A stretch of DNA of 64,000 nt from Octopus sinensis (lineage: Eukaryota): assembly GCF_006345805.1 (NCBI RefSeq), contig NC_043013.1, forward strand, positions 45,384,001 to 45,448,000, in the 5' to 3' direction. Of the stretch, positions 1 through 10,649 are shown in pieces; position 1 is the stretch's first letter, and each line of letters opens with the position of its first letter. Position numbers and translations under genes: made by a program. The notes under the pieces are model-generated. The model was not told the origin of the DNA, ran no database searches, and saw only the letters and a list, made by a program, of their open reading frames with translations.

Positions 1-354
1 TACTGGTAGAATGTGTTTATAAAACATCTTTTTCTCTTGGCTTTATTGAGAAAATTCTATAGTTTGTAAGATATTTGTTGGGTTTTTTTCTTCAATTTCT
101 GCAATTTCAACCAATCAATGACGTCTATTGAGGTGAAAACATTCTGTGCCGTATGAATATGTCCCTCGTTTAAGAAACAGATTGGGTTTATTTACATTTC
201 TGAAGAAAAAAAGATACCCTTCCCCCCACCTCTAACCCTAACCCAAGCCCTAAACGAGATTGAAATGCAATAGATTGATACTAGGGTCATAATTATGAGT
301 GACAATTTCATGTGATACCGCTAGAAAAAACTGCCGTTCAAACCGAAAAGATCC
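1..354. mobile_element. GGATC-TIR MITE, partial copy cut by the window edge
   Basis: Ends in the family TIR AAAACTGCCGTTCAAACCGAAAAGATCC (to 354). Body matches six complete copies elsewhere in the window. Confidence 0.9.
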
Positions 355-632
355 GAAACAAATACTCCATAAAACAACAGTTAAAAACCGAAAGGTAAAT
401 GGGTGACTCGAACTTAGAAGATGAGTTGTGACAAAATATCGCATCTAATTGTATATATATATATGTGTGTGTGCGTGTGTGTTTACAGTTATAATAAAAA
501 CAATTTTACATTAATCTCATGGGTTACTTTATACTTTTGTAGAGTACAAATGTATTATTCCTATATAAGAACGAACGTTATTGACAATGATTTCGAAGCC
601 TCGCTCAGTTAAGCTATCGTTTGAATGATGAT

Positions 633-1012
633 AAGAACAAGAGCACTCAGAGAGCGCAAACCTCTGCCAAGGCAACGCCAATATCCTCTCAAAGATTAAC
701 CAGAGGTCATTTTTAAAATGAGAATACCTGAAATAAACTCGATTGTTTTCACAAACGAGAATATTAAAAATGAATCCGACCGCTCTCAAAAATTAAGTAA
801 AAAAAAAAAAAGAAAGGAAAAGTAATCCAGGATCTTTGTCCAGTACCGAATCGATTCCCAAATCTAATCAGTTCCTACCAGTCACAAGGCCAAACATCCC
901 TGAAGGTTTCATCCGAATCCATCCAGCGGTTCTTGAGATACCTTGTCTATGGACAAACAAACAAATACGACTGAAAACAATGCCTCCGCCTTCGTTGAGG
1001 CGGAGGTAATAA
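633..1012 (-). mobile_element. Helentron-associated non-autonomous element (HINE/DINE-1-like)
   Basis: Subterminal inverted motif CCTCCGCC/CCTCTGCC near both ends. Hairpin CCTCCGCC-TTCGTTGA-GGCGGAGG at 983-1006, short (CAAA)n microsatellite, terminal GAGCACTCAGAGAGCGC motif. This layout matches HINEs (family assignment from recollection). Confidence 0.6.
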
Positions 1013-1759
1013 TACTTTCTATTAAAGGTTGTGATGGTGGTTGTGATGGTGGTGGTTGTTGTGGTGGTAGTTGTGATGGTGGTGACGATCGATGGCTGTG
1101 TTAACATTCTAATTTGTGTAATAACTCTGTTACTGGTGCATCACATGTAAACATGTATTTTGGTTTTAAGTAAATGCTTATAGATTAGATGTTTACAACA
1201 TGATATTGAAAACAGATTTCCTTTCAAAGTCCATCGAATTCAGCTAAAAACTTGTCACGTATCACTGCTGACGCTTGTGCTATAAGCTTGCCTTCCACAT
1301 TCTCTGAAATTCCAGGAAATACCCAGAATCGGGTACACAAATTTCCTGCACCCATGCGCCCACTGTACCTTCCTTGTCTGCACAAAAACTGTGACTGGGA
1401 GATCAATGAAATCGATAATAATCGAATATATGGTGCTGTGTGCATATTTTAGTAGTCATTGTCATCTGTGTTGTTTAATCCAAGCTCTGTCCTAACTTAG
1501 TAGATCTATAATCTAAAAGGTTACAGCTATAACTATCGCATTGTAGCGAGCAGCTACAGAATAGCTAAGCGAAGATTCGAACCAAATTCACATTTCTCAA
1601 CATTGTCAAGCAATTCTTAAAACCTATTGTTTTCTCGTCTCTGCACTAAAAAATTAATGTGAATAAGTCGAACCCCTGATCTTTCTCTGGGAATTCTGTA
1701 GTTAACCCTGATAATACTGTAAAAAAATCTATTGTTCTAAGTTGACCTACTTTAACCGG

Positions 1760-2096
1760 AGACCCGCTTCGGTCAAGAATGACCTTGGGATTGCACCTAG
1801 AAAGTTCTCCTACAAGGCACAAGTCCGGGCAAGGTTGTTTATGGAAGACCAGCAGTCGCCCATGCATACCGGCCACCCCTCTCCACACCACCGATGTTAT
1901 CCAAGGGAAGGGCAAAGGGGCCGATACATCTTGGCACCTGTGACGTCGCAACTCATTTCTACAGCTGAGTGAACTGGAGCAACGTGAAATAAAGTGTCTT
2001 GCTCAAGAACACAACACGCAGCTCGGTCCGGGATTCGAATTCACAACCTCACGGTCGTAAGTTCGACGCTCTAACCACTGAGCCATGCGCCTTCAC
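1760..2096 (-). mobile_element. tRNA-derived SINE family B (other copies 12033-12310 -, 26432-26770 -, 35803-36140 +, 57935-58255 -)
   Basis: A box TGGCTCAGTGGTTAGAGC and B box GTTCGA(A/T)TCC(C) in the head, followed by a shared ~250-bp body ending CTAGGTGCAATCCCAAGGTCATTC. Five dispersed copies. Confidence 0.9.
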
Positions 2097-2659
2097 TGAC
2101 CTACTCTAAATACCAAAATTATGAATATACCGCCAAATATTAAGTCCACTTCTTTGATAAGTGTAACGCCAAACCAAGATCATCGACTGATCCTTAATCA
2201 AAGAGTGACGCGCGAGAATAGAATTATCCCTTTCTCTCATTATAAAGACAACTATTAGTATGTATTTCTATTCAGAGAAACTAGGAACATACATAATAAA
2301 CCATGGCTTCACAGAAAATATTTTACTGCAACAAATAAATAACTTGTGTACACACAACGATGCGACGACGTTATTAATTTTATATTGTAACCACTAATAT
2401 TATAATCAACTTAATAAACGGCCATTTTAATAATCAAAGCAAATATTGTTTCTTAATAATTTCTTCGCTGCATCATGACGTTTTGACGTCATCGTCGCTA
2501 CACCATCAGCATTTGTTTTAAAATAATGCACGTCTCAACGACTGCTTTGACCCAAACGGAGAAAGTAGAATTTGGGAAATAAAACTGTGTAGAATCCCGT
2601 CGTGCGTATAGCAAGTAGTAAGCCTCACTGGATTTCACGTCATGTCCGTCATGTGTATA

Positions 2660-3035
2660 GCAAAGTCCATCCCCTCCTCACCGTGGTGGGAACGCTGGCA
2701 ACGGGTAGTGTCAGAGCTATGCCGTCGGGAACTTCGGTTCCTGGTAGGGCCACCCAAGGCGGATTGGTCTGACACCGAGTGGTATTAGGGCCACAACCTG
2801 GCAGACGGTGAAAATCCTCGGAGTGTCTGTTTCGGCAACCGGCGGCTCCTCGGTCGTTCTGTCCCTGCGGCAAACATGATGTTTCTACATGCGAGATTGT
2901 TGGGGACCGCTTGTGAAATTCATATTCCCACAAAACTTCTTCCACTGCCATGGTCGAGATGCCTCGAGAGTGGTAGAAGAAGCCGACTCAACCCGCCCAG
3001 GGTGAATGTCGCCACAAGTACAAGTAAGTATAGCT
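2660..3035 (+). mobile_element. Short bipartite non-autonomous RTE-clade retroelement (5'UTR-like part plus 3' tail)
   Basis: Contains GAGCTATGCCG...GTAGGGCCACCCAAGGCGGA..GGTC, recalled as the RTE/BovB 5'UTR motif. Ends in an RTE-type tandem tail CAAGTACAAGTAAGTA. GC-rich island in AT-rich DNA, no ORF. Confidence 0.6.
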
Positions 3036-3080
3036 AGTAACCCTTACCCGAGTTCATAATGTCTGTCATGTATATAAAAC

Positions 3081-3245
3081 CAGGAGCGGCCCGAGGGTTG
3101 CTGGCGCCCGGGCAAGCTGAACTTCGGCGTGTACAAGCTGACGGTCATGGAAATTTCCTTGTCTTTGTCACGCCCTCCTTGGCGCCTTCTATCACATGGC
3201 GCCTCAGGCGACTGCCCGAATTGTTGGTACCTTGAGCCGGCCCTG
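3081..3245. mobile_element. hAT-like mini-MITE
   Basis: Imperfect TIRs CAGGAGCGGCCCGAGG / CCTTGAGCCGGCCCTG. Candidate 8-bp TSD TATAAAAC / TATATAAC. Confidence 0.65.
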
Positions 3246-3253
3246 TATATAAC

Positions 3254-3671
3254 CTATTTCTTTACTACCCACAAGGGGCTAAACACAGAGAGGACAAACA
3301 AGGAAAGAAAAACGGATTAATTCGATTATGTCGACCCCAGTGCGTAACTGGTACTTAATTTATCGACCTCGAAAGGATGAAAGGCAAAGTCGACCTCGGT
3401 GGAATTTGAACTCAGAACGTAACGGCAGACGAAATACCTATTTCTTTACTACCCACATGGGGCTAAATACAGAAGGGACAAACAAGGACATACAAACGGA
3501 TTAAGTCGATTATATCGACCCCAGTGCATAACTGGTACTTAATTTATCGACCCCGAAAGGATGAAAGGCAAAGTCGACCTCGGTGGAATTTGAACTCAGA
3601 ATGTAACGGCAGACGAAATACGGCTACGCATTTCGCCCGGTGTGCTAACGTTTCTGCCAGCTCGCTGCCTT
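3254..3671 (-). mobile_element. tRNA-derived SINE family A, head-to-tail dimer
   Basis: Head GGC(A/G)GCGAGCTGGCAGAA and body TTCAAATTCC(A/G)CCGAGGTCGACTTTGCCTTTCATCCTTTCGGGGTCGATAAATTAAGTACCAG (Meta-domain-like from recollection). Two bodies in tandem. Other family A copies at about 6470-6682, 6700-6905, 7056-7281, 12665-12835, 15660-15840, 18826-19505 (split by a MITE), 25170-25365, 33487-33670, 34370-34560, 39790-40745, 41340-41550, 42733-42945, 48030-48150, 49821-50025, 59540-59700. Confidence 0.9.
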
Positions 3672-4059
3672 TGTCGTGTATATAACTAATAACACTTTCT
3701 GAACTTCACGATGCTTGTCGTGTGTATAAGTACTAATCGTAATAAAACTTCACGAAGTTTGCCGTGTGCATAGCCTTACTGGTTTGGCGTTTCAAATCTG
3801 AAGGAAGAAACGTGTCCTTCATTTTCTTTTTCAAGACTGTAGGATGTGATTTGAAGAAGAATCGGTTGCTATTTCTTGAAGGTTGAAAGATCGTGTTGAA
3901 GTTATTTGGTCTTGGCATGTTGAAGTTGTTGTTGTTATTGTTAAAGACGATGAACAATTAGAAGCTTCAGCTTTGATCATTAAACATATAGTTAAAACAC
4001 AACACCTGAACAGGTAGGTAGAAGACAGGAACGATAACGCGTTTCATTTCTGTGTTTGT

Positions 4060-4495
4060 ACAGAGAGGAAGAAAAAAAAGAAAGAGGTATAGAGAGTGGT
4101 AGAGAGGGGACAGAGAGAGGTGGAAGAAAGAGAGGAAGAGAGAAGGGAGAAATGGAGAGAGGGAGGAAGAGAAAAGGGAACAGAAAGTGGAACAGAGGGG
4201 AAGAGACGGGGAGAGACAAGGGAAGAGGGGGTAAAGAGAGGGAGAAAGAGAGAAGGAGAGAGAAGGAGAGAGGGGGTAAGAGAGGAGAGAGGGAGAAAGA
4301 GAGAAGGAAAGAGGGAGAAAGAGAATGAGAGAGGGGAAGGGAGAGGGCGATACGGAGAGAGAGAGAGAGAAAGGTTAGAGCGAGGGAGATAGGAATAGAG
4401 AGATTCATACCGCCAAAACAACATACGGACAGCCAGCCAGCCAGCCAGCCAACCAGCCAGCCAGCCAGACAGCGCACCAGCCAGCCAGTTAGCCA
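4060..4495. repeat. Polypurine (GA-rich) tract followed by (CCAG)n
   Basis: About 340 bp almost entirely A/G, then CCAG repeats. Explains the overlapping low-complexity ORFs. Confidence 0.95.
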
Positions 4496-4690
4496 GCATG
4501 ACACATACCTACACATCTACAGATTCAGAAGTAAACAGATTCAGGTAAGAAAGAATCAACAGACGGCATCAAGAATTGGTTGGTTAAGAAGTCGAAGTCG
4601 ACACGAGACGAAAACAGTTTGTTTTTATTACTTTCTTAGCTTCCCCTCCCCACTTCTTCTTCTCATCTCGTTTCTGATGTGCGGCTAAAT

Positions 4691-4748
<58 letters not shown>

Positions 4749-4763
4749 TACACACACGTACAC

Positions 4764-5195
4764 ACTCTTTACTCTTTACTCTTTACTTGTTTCAAGTCAT
4801 TTGACTGCGGCCATGCTGGAGCACCGCCTTTAGTCGAGCAAATCAACCACAGGACTTATTCTTTGTAAGCCTAGTACTTATTCCATCGGTTTCTTTTGCC
4901 GAACCGCTAATGTTACGGGGACGTAAACATACCAGCATCGGTTGTCAAGCGATGTTGGGGGGACAAACACAGACACGCAAACATATACACACACAAACAC
5001 ACATATATATATACATATATATATATATATACAACGGGCTTCTTTCAGTTTCCGTCTACCAAATCCACCCACAAGGCTTTGGTCGGCCCGAGGCTATAGT
5101 AGAAGACACTTGCCCAAGGTGTCACGCAGTGGAACTGAACCCGGAACCATGTGGTTGGTAAGCAAGCTATTTACCACACAGCCACTTCTGCGCCT
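4764..5195 (-). mobile_element. tRNA-derived SINE family C with internal (TA)n(TG)n (about 14 copies)
   Basis: Head GGCGCAG(G/A)AGTGGCTGTGTGGTAAG...GGTTCAGT(C/T)CCAC, CORE-like ACCTTGGGCAAG, internal microsatellite, (GAGTAAA)n-type tail. Other copies at about 8100-8345, 9875-10275, 10768-11170, 11200-11365, 14990-15400, 19915-20342, 23757-24187, 28404-28560, 37783-38113, 43845-44225, 47620-47815, 48225-48638, 61740-62150. Confidence 0.92.
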
Positions 5196-5720
5196 ATATA
5201 CATACACACATATATATACACACACACGTATACACACACACATATACACACACACACGTATGCCCACATAAATACATGTGTAGTTTACACATACGCATAT
5301 ACATGCAGAGATACATACACACCCATACAAACACACATTATCAGTACATGTATACGTAATTGTGTTTGTATGCTTGCGTATGCGCGCGGGCGTGTGTGAT
5401 GATTGCTTGGTATTGTCAGATGATATCCGTCTCGAGAGACGTCTGTACGTCATTAGAGTGACATATGCTTCTACAACACATATAACGATCTCTGAATATC
5501 CATAGCCAAATATGCAGACACAAGATGACCGGAAACTATTTCAACTGAAGATTTTGTATCAGAGATCTTTTTCATCGACTTTTCCAATAAAAGTATATAT
5601 CCACAAGTCAACAGGGAATTTTGAAGTTTCTTTTTTAAACTTCTCCAAATAGTTTTCCTACGTACCCAGACACAAATCTGCGTATTTCTACAACCTCACA
5701 TAATATACATGCATACACTC

Positions 5721-5753
<33 letters not shown>

Positions 5754-5769
5754 TGTTCTTGTTTTTGTA

Positions 5770-6258
5770 TACATTCGCTGCTTCCTTCCAAGGAATCTAA
5801 TGCTCTTAGCTTAGTTTTTCATTGGGGCTGGCCAGATTGGAGCAATCTCGAGTATAACCAGCCGAAATTGCAAAGACAATCTGGAACTCGACTGAGGAAA
5901 GAAAACTCCGAATGACCCGTCCTTGTTTTCTTTGTATCGTCTATCTGGGTGTTTTGTTGCCCCTTTTTTGTATGAACTAGCTGTCTGGATGTTTTGCGTT
6001 CTTGTCCCATTTTGTAATTTTTATATATAAAAACATATAGCGGCGTACGTACACTTTGATCTCTTATATGTAAGTACATATTACACACATTTTTTCTCTC
6101 TCCTTGTTTCTCTCCTTGTTTTTTCTGTGTCCCTTTCTGTAGAAGAGCGTAGGCTCGAAACATAAAAGAATTTTGCTATTCCTGAACGTTATACTAATAC
6201 ATCTGTTTGTTTTGTACACCACCTGTCTTCGTCTTTTGTTTTTTTCGTAAACTCTCCC

Positions 6259-6290
<32 letters not shown>

Positions 6291-6420
6291 ATATATGTAT
6301 ATCCGTTTTTTTCTCTCGAAACGTCAAAAACTTCTCCATTTTTCCCAAGCGTCAAACAAATATACCAGCTTGTTGTTCCCTCACCTGTGTCTCTCTCTTT
6401 CGCTTTTCGTACATTTGAAC
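5770..6420 (+). mobile_element. Probable Penelope-like pseudo-LTR/non-autonomous element with variant hammerhead motif
   Basis: Related segments at 38770-38930 and 46620-46775, flanked by (TA)n. Contains CTTT-CTGTAGA-A-GAGC-gtag-GCTC-GAAACATA-AAAG. A second diverged CTCGAAACGTC unit lies about 160 bp downstream. Confidence 0.55.
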
Positions 6421-6929
6421 TATATCTATATCTATATATATATATATATACATATAATAACAAACCTTTCTACTGTAGGCACAAGGCCTGACATTCTTGG
6501 GGAGGAGGCTAGTCGATTACATTAACCCCAATGCTCAACTGGTACTTATTTTATCGATCCTGAAAGAATGCAAAGCAAAGTCGACCTCGGCGGCATTTGA
6601 ACTCAGAACGTAAAGACGGGCGAAATACCGCTAAGCGCATTTTTGTCCGGCGTGCTAGCGATTCTACCAGCTTGCCGCCTTAAGACACGTAGTAATAATG
6701 GTTTCAAACTTTGGTACAAGGCCAGCAATTTAGGGGAGGAGGTAGGTCGATGAAATCGACTCTAGCGCTCAACTTAGACTTAATTTATCGACTCTGAAAG
6801 GATGAAAAGCAAAGTTAACCTCGGCGGAATTTGAACTCAGAATATAAAGACAGACGAAATGTCGTCAAGCATTGTGCTAACGATTCTGCCAGCTCGCCGC
6901 CGTAAGGTACGTAATAACTAAGACAGAAA

Positions 6930-7665
6930 ATGTAATTGGTATTTTAAGGTTTATAAAAGCACACGTATTTCATAAAAAGACCGTCACTTTTTACACAAGG
7001 GAATATTTTTCTAACCACATGTTGCCATATGGTTGCTTAAAGGCATCTGACGGGCGAGCTGGCAGAATCGTTAGCAACGCCGGGCGAAATGCTCAGCAGT
7101 ATTTCGTCTGTCGCTACGTTCTGAGTTCAAATTCCGCCGAGGTCGACTTTGCCTTTCAAATTTTCGGGGTCGATTAAATAAGTACCAGTTACGCACTGGG
7201 GTCGATATGATCGACTTAATCCGTTTGTCTGTCCTTGTTTGTCCCTTCTGTGTTTAGCCCCTTGTGGGTAGTAAAGAAATAGGTATCTGACGGGCATCAG
7301 GGTCCCTAATTTGCTGTTGAGCACACGTGAACGTTTCTATAATGCATTTTCAATCTGACCAACGTATATCTCTTCACAATTCGGGCATTTGGTGTAGTAA
7401 ATTAAATTTCTGCTTTTGCAGTTCATATCTGCATTTGTAAATATTCTTCCGGTATATTGACCGGTATGTATGAACCACATCGATTATCATTGCATTTCGA
7501 TACAATGAATGATCCGTCATTGTTGTTTAGGTCAAACTTTGCCTTTGTTATTAACTGTTTCAAGTTCTGCGGCTGCCTCACTTAGAATCATAGCCCGATC
7601 CGTGATTATATCCTTTAATTCATTACTTTAAGCAATGAACGGCAAGTTTGCTTTGGCAATGCTTA
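6930..7665 (-). pseudogene. Penelope-like element GIY-YIG endonuclease remnant (split by a SINE)
   Basis: Manual minus-strand translation with frameshifts gives QPQNLKQLITKAKF...KCNDNRCGSY...MNCKSRNLIYYTKCPNCEEIYVGQIENAL*KR...QQIRDPDARQ(M)PLSNHMATC, i.e. the Cys linker plus IY-YVG motif of PLE endonucleases. SINE A at 7056-7281 interrupts it with TSD GG(C/T)ATCTGACGGGC. Confidence 0.85.
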
Positions 7666-7986
7666 AGATAGGAAAACAAGAACAGGTCAAACCGTTTATA
7701 GTGACACAGATTGTGTCACTATAAATGGTATGACCTGTTCTTCGTTTTCCTCTTCTATAGTTTACCATCTTCTATAGGAAGAGACGGCTATATTTGTTTC
7801 AGTAGAATTGATCGAAATACAGTTAGAACTTGGCGCGCTCACCAATCCGTGACATCTAAGCCATATGCTGATTGGTCAAAATACAGTTCGTAAGATTCAG
7901 CCTGCTGGAGCCCATCAGAAGATATTTAATGGATAGATCCGACCATTTCGCTACAGTTGTCAATTGTGAAACACGACTGTCACTAC

Positions 7987-8028
7987 ATAAACCTGATGAT
8001 TGCGCAACGCATGAAAGTACTAGTTTAT
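7987..8028 (+). ncRNA. Minimal type I hammerhead ribozyme motif
   Basis: ATAAAC / CTGATGA / t-TGCG-caa-CGCA-t / GAAA-G-ta-C-T-A / GTTTAT. Stem I is 6 bp and stem III is the palindrome AGTACT. Predicted cleavage after A8022. Confidence 0.75.
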
Positions 8029-8457
8029 TTCAATATTGTAAAATTGTAAAGTTGTAAAAACTGCAAATAATAAAACGTGAAAATCAGACTGAGTTGGAAT
8101 TTCATTGATTAATATATATGTGTGTGTAGCGGGGTGGGGTGCATACAACGACCTTCTTGCAGTTTCCTACAACGAAGTCCACTCACAGTTTGTGGTCGGC
8201 CCGAGGCCATAGCAGAAGACACTTGCACATTGCGTGTGACTTTTATTATGGCCCGACGCCATAACAGAAGACACACGTAGTGGTGTTGAATCCGGAACCA
8301 TGTGGTTGGGAAGCAAATGTCTTACCATACATACACGACTGCGCCTATTACCTACCTACCTACCTACCTACCTACCTAATACATACATATATACATACAT
8401 ACAGACAGACATTCATACATACACGCACAAACACAAATACACAAACATATGTGTATG

Positions 8458-8501
<44 letters not shown>

Positions 8502-8568
8502 GGTCCCGGGTTGATTCGGGGTTAACCACAGTAAATAAGGTACTCAATACATAGCAGAGTAAAATTAA

Positions 8569-9168
8569 TTTATTATATAGAAGGAGCTTCTACAGGACTA
8601 GAACTGTTTCATTCAAGAGAAATCTTCAGGAAGCTAGTTAACAAGAATTGTATTGGCATTTATACATTTAGGCAGGTTTAAAGGGGTGGTGGTGGGGGAC
8701 TTTTTGGGGGTAGGCATAGCGCAAAAATATCATACTTGGGGGAGTGGTCAAGGAGTCAGTGGCAAATTAGATAAAATAATAAATAAAAGAGTGAAAAAAT
8801 ATATATAAGAATAGAGTTTTAGGTAAATAAGGAGATTCTCACTTATAAGAATAGAGTTTTAGGTAAATAAGGAGATTCTCACTTATAGGTATAAGTGAGA
8901 ATCTCCTTATTTACCTAAAACTCTATTCTTATATATATTTTTCACTCTTTTATTTATTATTTTATCTAATTTACCACTGACTCCTTGACCACTCCCCCAA
9001 GTATGATATTTTTGCGCTATGCCTACCCCCAAAAAGTCCCCCACCACCACCCCTTTAAACCTGCCTAAATGTATAAATGCCAATACAATTCTTGTTAACT
9101 AGCTTCCTGAAGATTTCTCTTGAATGAAACAGTTCTAGTCCTGTAGAAGCTCCTTCTATATAATAAAT
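8569..9168. repeat. ~600-bp near-perfect palindrome of a PLE-like pseudo-LTR
   Basis: Arms 8569-8887 and 8890-9168 with a 2-nt centre. One substitution seen, plus a 40-bp tandem duplication (8806/8846) in the left arm only. (TA)n tracts lie on both sides. Confidence 0.95.
9101..9151 (+). ncRNA. Type I hammerhead ribozyme motif (mirror copy on the minus strand at 8585-8635)
   Basis: AGCTTC / CTGAAGA / t-TTC-tctt-GAA-t / GAAA-CAG-ttctagtc-CTG-T-A / GAAGCT. GUA cleavage triplet, predicted cut after A9145. Confidence 0.78.
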
Positions 9169-9291
9169 ATATATATATATAATATATATTCTACATGGTA
9201 TAATTTAATTTTTCACTATTGAATTGATAAAGGTGGGTTTTTTTCTAATTATATATATATTATATATATAATATATATATAATATATATTA

Positions 9292-9329
<38 letters not shown>

Positions 9330-10605
9330 TATTATATATATATATATATAATGTTTTGTGAAATTTGATTTAGTGTTCCTAAATTGAACTTTTCCCTGTA
9401 AGTTTGGAATAATATTCCCTCATATTATATATATAATATATACATATATACGCACGCGCACACATAAGCATACATATGCATACATGCATACATACATACA
9501 TACATACATACATACATACATACATACATAATACATACATACATACACACATACTTACAAGCATACAGACAGACAGACAAATATATGCGTACATATGTTT
9601 AAATTCCAGGAATATTGGTATAATATTCCTATCAAAACTTCCACCAAATGCAAGAAGAACTGGCCTGGTACAGCTTTGAAATAGAAAAGAATAATTAAGG
9701 TATAGTTACAGCAATTAGTTGCCCCACATATGCAAACATTTCTTTCAAAATCAGTGGGAAAGAGAATATTTATATGGACTACCGCGTCGAACGAACAGCT
9801 TCTCTGCCCAGATTAAAAATTCACATTTGTATCTACAATTACAAGGTGCACTTGGCGTTACTACTATATATATACTCTCTTTTACTTGTTTCAGTCATTT
9901 GACTGCGGCCATGCTGGAGCACCGCTTTTAGTCGAGCAAATCGACCCCGGGACTTATTCTTTGTAAGCCCAGTACTTATTCTATCGGTCTCTTTTGCCGA
10001 ACCGCTAAGTTACGGGAACGTAAACACACCAGCATCGGTTGTCAAGCAATGCTAGGGGGACAAACACAGACACACAAACACATACACACACACACATATA
10101 TATATATACATATATACGACAGGCTTCTTTCAGTTTCCGTCTACCAAATCCACTCACAAGGTATTGGTCGGCCCGGGGCTATAGCAGAAGACACTTACCC
10201 AAGATGCCACGCAGTGGGACTGAACCCGGAACCATGTGGTTGGTTAGCAAGCTACTTACCACACAGCCACTCCTATATATATAAGGGATACTTTCCAAAG
10301 GCTGGGATTTTCGGACAAAGAAAGTGATCAGCAAACACGCACTTTGCAAAAACAATCTGTAAGCAGAACAGAAGGAGAAATTTGAATGAATAAATAAATA
10401 AATAAATATGTAAATAAATAAATAAGTAAATAAGTAAATGAATAAATAAAAATTATATAATTACATTGCTGATGTAAACTTCCGATGAAAGAGTGTTGGT
10501 TCTCGGCTTCTGACCAACTCTTTCGGTTTGGGAGGAACATCTACAAATTAAACTAGAACCTTAATGCATACATACATGCAAACATACATACACGTGTGTA
10601 TGTGA

Positions 10606-10649
<44 letters not shown>

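Noticed and set aside
1224-1452. Overlapping ORFs on both strands in unique sequence
   Set aside because: No recognisable domain. Kept only as a weak exon candidate, not as a CDS.
2660-2700. HDV-like ribozyme resemblance (CCCTCCTCAC...GCTGGCAAC)
   Set aside because: No complementary P1 5' strand or P2 closure could be found.
5890-5922. CTGAGGA...GAATGACCCGTC motif (also 46745)
   Set aside because: Has GAAU rather than GAAA, and no consistent stem I or stem III.
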